A stretch of 64,000 nucleotides of DNA, from positions 8,153 to 72,152 of the forward strand of contig JADLGE010000023.1 of NCBI GenBank assembly GCA_020849475.1. Direction: 5' to 3'. Source of the DNA: Gammaproteobacteria bacterium (lineage in GTDB: Bacteria > Pseudomonadota > Gammaproteobacteria > Ga0077536). A model generated the notes under the pieces. It was not told where the DNA came from. It made no database searches and saw only the letters and a program-made list of their open reading frames with translations. Positions within the stretch are counted from its first letter, which is position 1, and every line of letters begins with the position of its first letter. Below, piece after piece: positions 59,245-64,000 of this stretch. The translations under genes were made by a program, and so were the position numbers.

Positions 59245-59422
59245 AATGGCCTCGGTAATTTATGCACCCGAAAACATAAATTTTCTCGGGTTATTGGTGA
59301 TATTAGCCAGCCTGCCCGTCGACGAAATATGTATCACCGTGCCGCTAGAGATCGACCGCGTGCCCAAGCACATTGGCGGTACGCACACGGCTTTGCGCCG
59401 TTCACATTCCAAGGAGTCAGTA

Positions 59423-60853
59423 ATGCAGAGTTGTCTTAAGTTCTACATCAACGGTGCATGGGTCGAGCCGAGCGCCCCGCAGCCGTTAGACGTGATCAAT
59501 CCCGCCACCGAACAAGTCGTCGGCCAGATCATGCTGGGCAATGCCCAGGACGTGAACAAGGCCGTGGCCGCCGCCAAGGCCGCTTTTCCCGCCTTTGCCC
59601 GCACCAGCGTCGACGAGCGCGTCGCCCTGCTGGAAAAGATTGGCGCCGTCTACAAGGAGCGCTATGCCGAAATGGTGGAGACCATTTCCAGCGAAATGGG
59701 CGCGCCCATCTGGCTGTGCAAGGCCGCGCAGGCCGCCATGGGCCCGGCCCATCTCAATACCGCCATCGAAGTGCTGAAGAACTACGTGTTCGAAGAAAAG
59801 CGCGGCAACATCACGCTGCGTCGCGAGCCGGTAGGCGTGTGCGGATTCATCACGCCGTGGAACTGGCCCATCAACCAGATTGCCTGCAAGGTGCTGCCCG
59901 CCCTCGCCGCCGGTTGCACGATGGTGCTCAAGCCTTCGGAAGTCGCACCGCTGAACGCAGCCATCTTCGCCGAAGTGCTGCATGCGGCCGGCGTACCCGC
60001 CGGTGTGTTCAATCTCGTCAACGGTGACGGCCCGGGCGTCGGCACGCCGCTGTCCTCGCATCCCGATGTCGACATGGTGTCGTTCACCGGCTCGACCCGC
60101 GCCGGCATCCTGGTGGCCAAGGCCGCCGCCGATACCGTCAAGCGCGTCGCGCAGGAACTCGGTGGCAAGTCGGCCAACATCATTCTCGAAGACGCCGACC
60201 TCAAGACCGCGGTCGCCGGCGGCGTGCAGTCGATGATGATGAACTCCGGCCAGTCCTGTAATGCGCCGAGCCGCATGCTGGTGCCGGCCAAGTTGCACGA
60301 CCAGGCGGTCGCGATCGCCAAGGAAGCGGTGGCCAACGTCAATGTGGGCGATCCGAAGATGAAGGATTCGACCATTGGCCCTGTGGTCAGCAAGGTCCAG
60401 TTCGACAAGATTCAAGCCCTCATCAACAAGGGCATCGCCGAAGGCGCGACGCTGGTCGCTGGTGGCCCCGGACTGCCGGAAGGCATCACTGCCGGTTACT
60501 TCGTCAAGCCCACCATCTTCGCCAACGTCAATAACGACATGACCATCGCGCGCGAAGAGATCTTCGGGCCGGTGCTGTGCATGATGCCCTACAAGGACGA
60601 TGCCGAAGCCATCGCGATTGCCAACGACACTGTGTACGGCCTGTCGGGCTATGTATCCGGTGGCGACCCCAAGCGCATCGCCGAAGTCGCCAACCAGCTG
60701 CGCTGCGGCAACGTGCATGTCAACGGCGCGGGCCTCGACTTCCACGCACCTTTCGGCGGCTACAAGCAGTCGGGCAACGGGCGTGAGTGGGGCGAATTCG
60801 GCTTCGAGGAGTTCCTCGAAGTCAAAGCCGTGATGAATACCGCCGCGGCTTAA
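59423..60853 (+). CDS. NAD(P)-dependent aldehyde dehydrogenase
   Basis: Start refined to MQSCLKFYING with AAGGAG 6 nt upstream. ELGGKSANII and NSGQSCNAPSR catalytic motifs. Followed by a clean rho-independent terminator. Confidence 0.9.
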   Translation: MQSCLKFYINGAWVEPSAPQPLDVINPATEQVVGQIMLGNAQDVNKAVAAAKAAFPAFARTSVDERVALLEKIGAVYKERYAEMVETISSEMGAPIWLCKAAQAAMGPAHLNTAIEVLKNYVFEEKRGNITLRREPVGVCGFITPWNWPINQIACKVLPALAAGCTMVLKPSEVAPLNAAIFAEVLHAAGVPAGVFNLVNGDGPGVGTPLSSHPDVDMVSFTGSTRAGILVAKAAADTVKRVAQELGGKSANIILEDADLKTAVAGGVQSMMMNSGQSCNAPSRMLVPAKLHDQAVAIAKEAVANVNVGDPKMKDSTIGPVVSKVQFDKIQALINKGIAEGATLVAGGPGLPEGITAGYFVKPTIFANVNNDMTIAREEIFGPVLCMMPYKDDAEAIAIANDTVYGLSGYVSGGDPKRIAEVANQLRCGNVHVNGAGLDFHAPFGGYKQSGNGREWGEFGFEEFLEVKAVMNTAAA

Positions 60854-60871
60854 GGCCCAGCGTGTCTTGCA

Positions 60872-60908
60872 AGGCGTCGTCGCGACAGCGGCGACGCCTT
60901 TTTTATTG
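60872..60908 (+). terminator. Rho-independent terminator after the aldehyde dehydrogenase gene
   Basis: AAGGCGTCGTCGC-GACA-GCGGCGACGCCTT stem-loop followed by TTTTTATT. Confidence 0.75.
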
Positions 60909-61021
60909 CCTGCATTAATGGTTATGCTCAGCGCGCCGCGCGGCCGTCGTCGCGCTGGCTCATCCATCAGTGTCGGTAATGAGCGCGGTGCCGGGCATCG
61001 CGACACCCGCGGGAGCCGTCT

Positions 61022-62296
61022 GTGCAGAACATCGATGCCGACCGGCTCTACGCGCGGGTCACCTGGCGGCTGGTGCCGTTCCTGTTCCTTTGCTACATCT
61101 GCGCCTATCTCGACCGCGTCAACGTCGGCTTTGCCAAATTACAGATGCAAAGCCAGCTCGGCTTCAGCGAAACCGTCTACGGCCTCGGCGCCGGCATCTT
61201 TTTCCTGGGCTATTTTCTGTTCGAGATCCCGAGCAACCTCGGCCTGCATCGTTACGGCGCGCGCCGCACCATCGCACGCATCATGATTGCCTGGGGCCTG
61301 TTGTCGGCGGCCACCCTGTGGGTCACCACGCCCACGCAGTTCTACGTCGTGCGCTTTCTGCTCGGCGCCGCCGAGGCCGGCTTCTTCCCCGGCATCATCC
61401 TGTATCTCACCTACTGGTTCCCGGCCGCGCGCCGTGGCCAGGTGACGGCGCTGTTCGCCACCGCCGTGCCGATAGCGACCGTGATTGGCGCACCGCTGTC
61501 GGGCTATGTGTTGCAACACTTCGACGGCGTGCATGGCTGGCACGGCTGGCAGTGGCTGTTCCTGCTCGAAGCCTTGCCGTCCATCGTGTGCGGATGCGCG
61601 GCGTGGTGGTGTCTCGCCGACCAGAGTCGTGACGCGCGCTGGCTGACGGCCGAGGAACAAGCGTTCATCGCCGCCGAGGTGCAACGCGACAACGCCGCCA
61701 TTGCGCACATGAGCGTTGCCCAGGGCCTGCGCATGCCGCAGGTCTGGGCGCTGGCCGCCATCTATTTCGCGTTCGTGATGGGCCTCTATGGACTCAATTT
61801 CTGGCTGCCGAGCATCGTCAAGGATCTGGGCTATGCGCAACCGCTCGACATCGGGCTGGTGTCCGCCATCCCTTTTGGCGCCGCCTGCGTGGCGATGCTG
61901 GTCATCGCGCGCCATGGCGACAGGCATGACGAACGGCGCTGGCATATCGTGATACCGGCCACCCTGGGCGGCCTGGGCCTGCTGGCCAGCGCCCTGCTCG
62001 CCACCACCCCGCACTGGGCGGTGGCGGCCCTCACCCTCGGCGCCTGCGGCGTCCTCGCGGCAATCGTGCAGACCTGGTCATTGGCGACCGCCATCGTCGG
62101 CGGCGGCGCGGCGGCATCGGGCATTGCCCTCATCAATTCCTTCGGCAACCTGTCGGGCTTCGTCGGGCCCTATGCCATCGGCTGGTTGAAGGACGCCACC
62201 GGCAGCACCGCGGCCGGTGTCACGATGCTCGCGATTTCGATGCTGGTCGGCGCCGCGCTGGTGCTGCGTGTCACGGCGCCCGATGAGCGGGGGTAA
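61022..62296 (+). CDS. MFS transporter (anion:cation symporter-like)
   Basis: GTG start. MFS signature GxLaDRxGxRR-like (GLHRYGARRT). 12 TM helices. Confidence 0.85.
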   Translation: MQNIDADRLYARVTWRLVPFLFLCYICAYLDRVNVGFAKLQMQSQLGFSETVYGLGAGIFFLGYFLFEIPSNLGLHRYGARRTIARIMIAWGLLSAATLWVTTPTQFYVVRFLLGAAEAGFFPGIILYLTYWFPAARRGQVTALFATAVPIATVIGAPLSGYVLQHFDGVHGWHGWQWLFLLEALPSIVCGCAAWWCLADQSRDARWLTAEEQAFIAAEVQRDNAAIAHMSVAQGLRMPQVWALAAIYFAFVMGLYGLNFWLPSIVKDLGYAQPLDIGLVSAIPFGAACVAMLVIARHGDRHDERRWHIVIPATLGGLGLLASALLATTPHWAVAALTLGACGVLAAIVQTWSLATAIVGGGAAASGIALINSFGNLSGFVGPYAIGWLKDATGSTAAGVTMLAISMLVGAALVLRVTAPDERG

Positions 62297-63260
62297 GGGT
62301 CGGCGAGTGCAATTCGTCGCGCTTGGCGCGGTTCTTCAAGCGCTCGGCAAGGCGCGGCGCTGATTCCGGCCCGTGCAGGAGGGCGTCGAGATACACCGCG
62401 ACATAGCTTCTGTCGACCAGCGCGCCGCTGTCAGCAATTTGATCCTTGAGCAAATGATGCAACTGCCCGAGGTTGTACCACGGCACGCCGGGATAGACGT
62501 GGTGGCCGATATGCAGATTGATGTTGTTCCAGAAAAAGGCCTGCAGCGGGTTGGACAACACCGTGCGCGTGCCGGCCAGCGGACCGGCATTCCACTGCGT
62601 GCCGTAGTGCTCGGCAATGAAGCGCATGGAATTGAACAGCGAGAAAAAGAAGATCGGCCACAGCCATAGCGCCAGCGTCTGCGCCAATACACCGTGCCGC
62701 GCGGCGCTGGTCAGCACCCACCAGTAGACGAGCGCCTTCAGCAGGGTCTCGAAGCCATGCAATGCCCACTGCCGTGCGTTGAAGCGCTTGCACGGATAGA
62801 TGAAATTGAAATGCACGAAACTCAGCAGCGCACCGGCGACCGCGTAGGCATAGAACAACAGGAAGTCGACCGGCCCGCGCTTGCCCATGGTGAAAGCGTC
62901 CGGGTCGCGCGGTGAACGGTTGTAGCGATGGTGTTCGAGATGGTCGGCCTTGAAGGCCGTGAAGGACGCAAAGATCGGAATCATGGTGACGATGCCGAAC
63001 AGCCAGCCCAGGCGGCGACTGCGAAACAGCACGTCGTGGGTGGCGTCATGCATGAACGTTACCATGCTCATCCACAGGTAGCCGAGCGCGACATAGGCCG
63101 ACCAGCGCACCACACTGGAGGGCGTGTGCCAGGCAAGCCAGCTCAAGACCAGCATCAAGGCCACGAACGCGGGCAGCTTGACGAGATTGGGCAGCGTGCG
63201 CAGCGTGCTCAAGCGCGCGAGATCATCCGCGGCGATGCGCGGTTTCACCTGGGAGGACAT
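62271..63260 (-). CDS. Membrane fatty-acid desaturase
   Basis: Three His boxes HDATHD, HLEHH and HIGHHV. 329 aa. The 3' end overlaps the MFS gene by 26 nt (convergent). Confidence 0.85.
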   Translation of the reverse strand: MSSQVKPRIAADDLARLSTLRTLPNLVKLPAFVALMLVLSWLAWHTPSSVVRWSAYVALGYLWMSMVTFMHDATHDVLFRSRRLGWLFGIVTMIPIFASFTAFKADHLEHHRYNRSPRDPDAFTMGKRGPVDFLLFYAYAVAGALLSFVHFNFIYPCKRFNARQWALHGFETLLKALVYWWVLTSAARHGVLAQTLALWLWPIFFFSLFNSMRFIAEHYGTQWNAGPLAGTRTVLSNPLQAFFWNNINLHIGHHVYPGVPWYNLGQLHHLLKDQIADSGALVDRSYVAVYLDALLHGPESAPRLAERLKNRAKRDELHSPTLTPAHRAP

Positions 63261-63386
63261 CGGGAAACCCGTCGCAATGGTAATCGGACCGTGAGACTAG
63301 CATGCGCCCGTGTCAGAAAGACGTTATGAACACGCCGGCGGCGAACAATCGATGAATTGCCTGCCGCCGACGTGGCTCGCGCGGCC

Positions 63387-63926
63387 TCAGCGGCGTCGAC
63401 GCGCCGCCAGGCCCACCAGCGTGGCGCCGAACATCCACACCATGCCCGGCGCCGGCACCGGCGAAGCCTTGAACGTCAACGTCCCGAGCACGACATTCGA
63501 CGCTCCAGCGGCCATGCCGCCACCGGCGGCGATGGTGTAATCGCCGGCGGCCAGCAGATGGTCCATCAATGCCACTGCATTGCCGCCCTGCGGCGCGACG
63601 TGTGTCAGATAGCGAATCACGCTCCACTCGCCGGCCGCCGCCGCCTCGGCCAGCGCCGTGGCATTGCACGCGCCGCCCGGCTGTGTGAGGCAATGCACGT
63701 CGGCATCGGCATTGGCCATGCTCCAGTCGCCGAGCGCATTGAACTGGCCATCGAAGCTGGCATTGGCGGTATCGCGCAATGGTGAGACATCGCCGTCAGC
63801 ATCCAGCGCCACACCATCGTCGGCCAGCGCTGCATCCTTCACTACATGCGGAAACGGCGTCGTCACCAGATGCGAAGGGTTCAGCGCGTCGATGCGCGTG
63901 TCGTCATGGGATTCGCCCGGCAGCAA
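63387..63926 (-). CDS. PEP-CTERM sorting-signal protein (N-terminus probably beyond the window end)
   Basis: C-terminus VPAPGMVWMFGATLVGLAARRRR = PEP-CTERM-like motif followed by a TM helix and basic tail. The ORF may run beyond position 64000. Confidence 0.55.
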   Translation of the reverse strand: MLPGESHDDTRIDALNPSHLVTTPFPHVVKDAALADDGVALDADGDVSPLRDTANASFDGQFNALGDWSMANADADVHCLTQPGGACNATALAEAAAAGEWSVIRYLTHVAPQGGNAVALMDHLLAAGDYTIAAGGGMAAGASNVVLGTLTFKASPVPAPGMVWMFGATLVGLAARRRR

Positions 63927-64000
63927 GCCCGCGTACAGAGAGAACGCGGGATTGAGCAGGCCGCTGTTGTCGGTATCACTGAAGGTGATGGTGACCCGCG

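Overview
High-GC (about 67%) proteobacterial chromosomal segment with roughly 50 genes, densely packed with catabolic and redox functions. There are no rRNA or tRNA genes, no CRISPR, and no transposase or integrase genes. Recognisable gene content includes an MltD-like lytic transglycosylase, a Baeyer-Villiger-type flavin monooxygenase, an aldo/keto reductase, a secreted vanadium-haloperoxidase-like PAP2 protein, a tungsten/molybdopterin aldehyde:ferredoxin oxidoreductase, a TerC protein, two D-aminoacylase paralogs, two LLM flavin monooxygenases, an igr-like SDR/thiolase-like/DUF35/MaoC-pair module, a cytochrome P450, a quinohemoprotein PQQ alcohol dehydrogenase, two aldehyde dehydrogenases with a DUF779 partner, a DeaD helicase, GloB, GldA, a UbiA prenyltransferase, an amidase, a fatty-acid desaturase, MFS transporters and a PEP-CTERM protein at the window edge. 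The most notable units are: (1) a compact three-gene module for a CMP-activated nonulosonic acid, consisting of a NeuB-family synthase, a cytidylyltransferase fused to a KdsC-type HAD phosphatase, and an HP-motif transferase, which suggests a KDN-type 9-phosphate route; (2) a form IV RuBisCO-like protein immediately followed by a cupin, which resembles methionine-salvage or MTA-shunt chemistry; (3) a genome-specific family of GAATTC-centred palindromic intergenic elements built as U-spacer-U', with at least four paired copies, two solo copies and three fragments, plus a second TTCA-loop hairpin family; (4) a multi-domain CheB/CheR-PAS-GGDEF-EAL sensor decayed by internal deletions; (5) a small Fnr-centred microaerobic island (tandem USP, a HemN_C-like protein lacking radical-SAM cysteines, cytochrome c, Fnr) with a near-consensus FNR box. 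All coordinates derive from the supplied ORF track plus manual start-site refinement; no database searches were possible.
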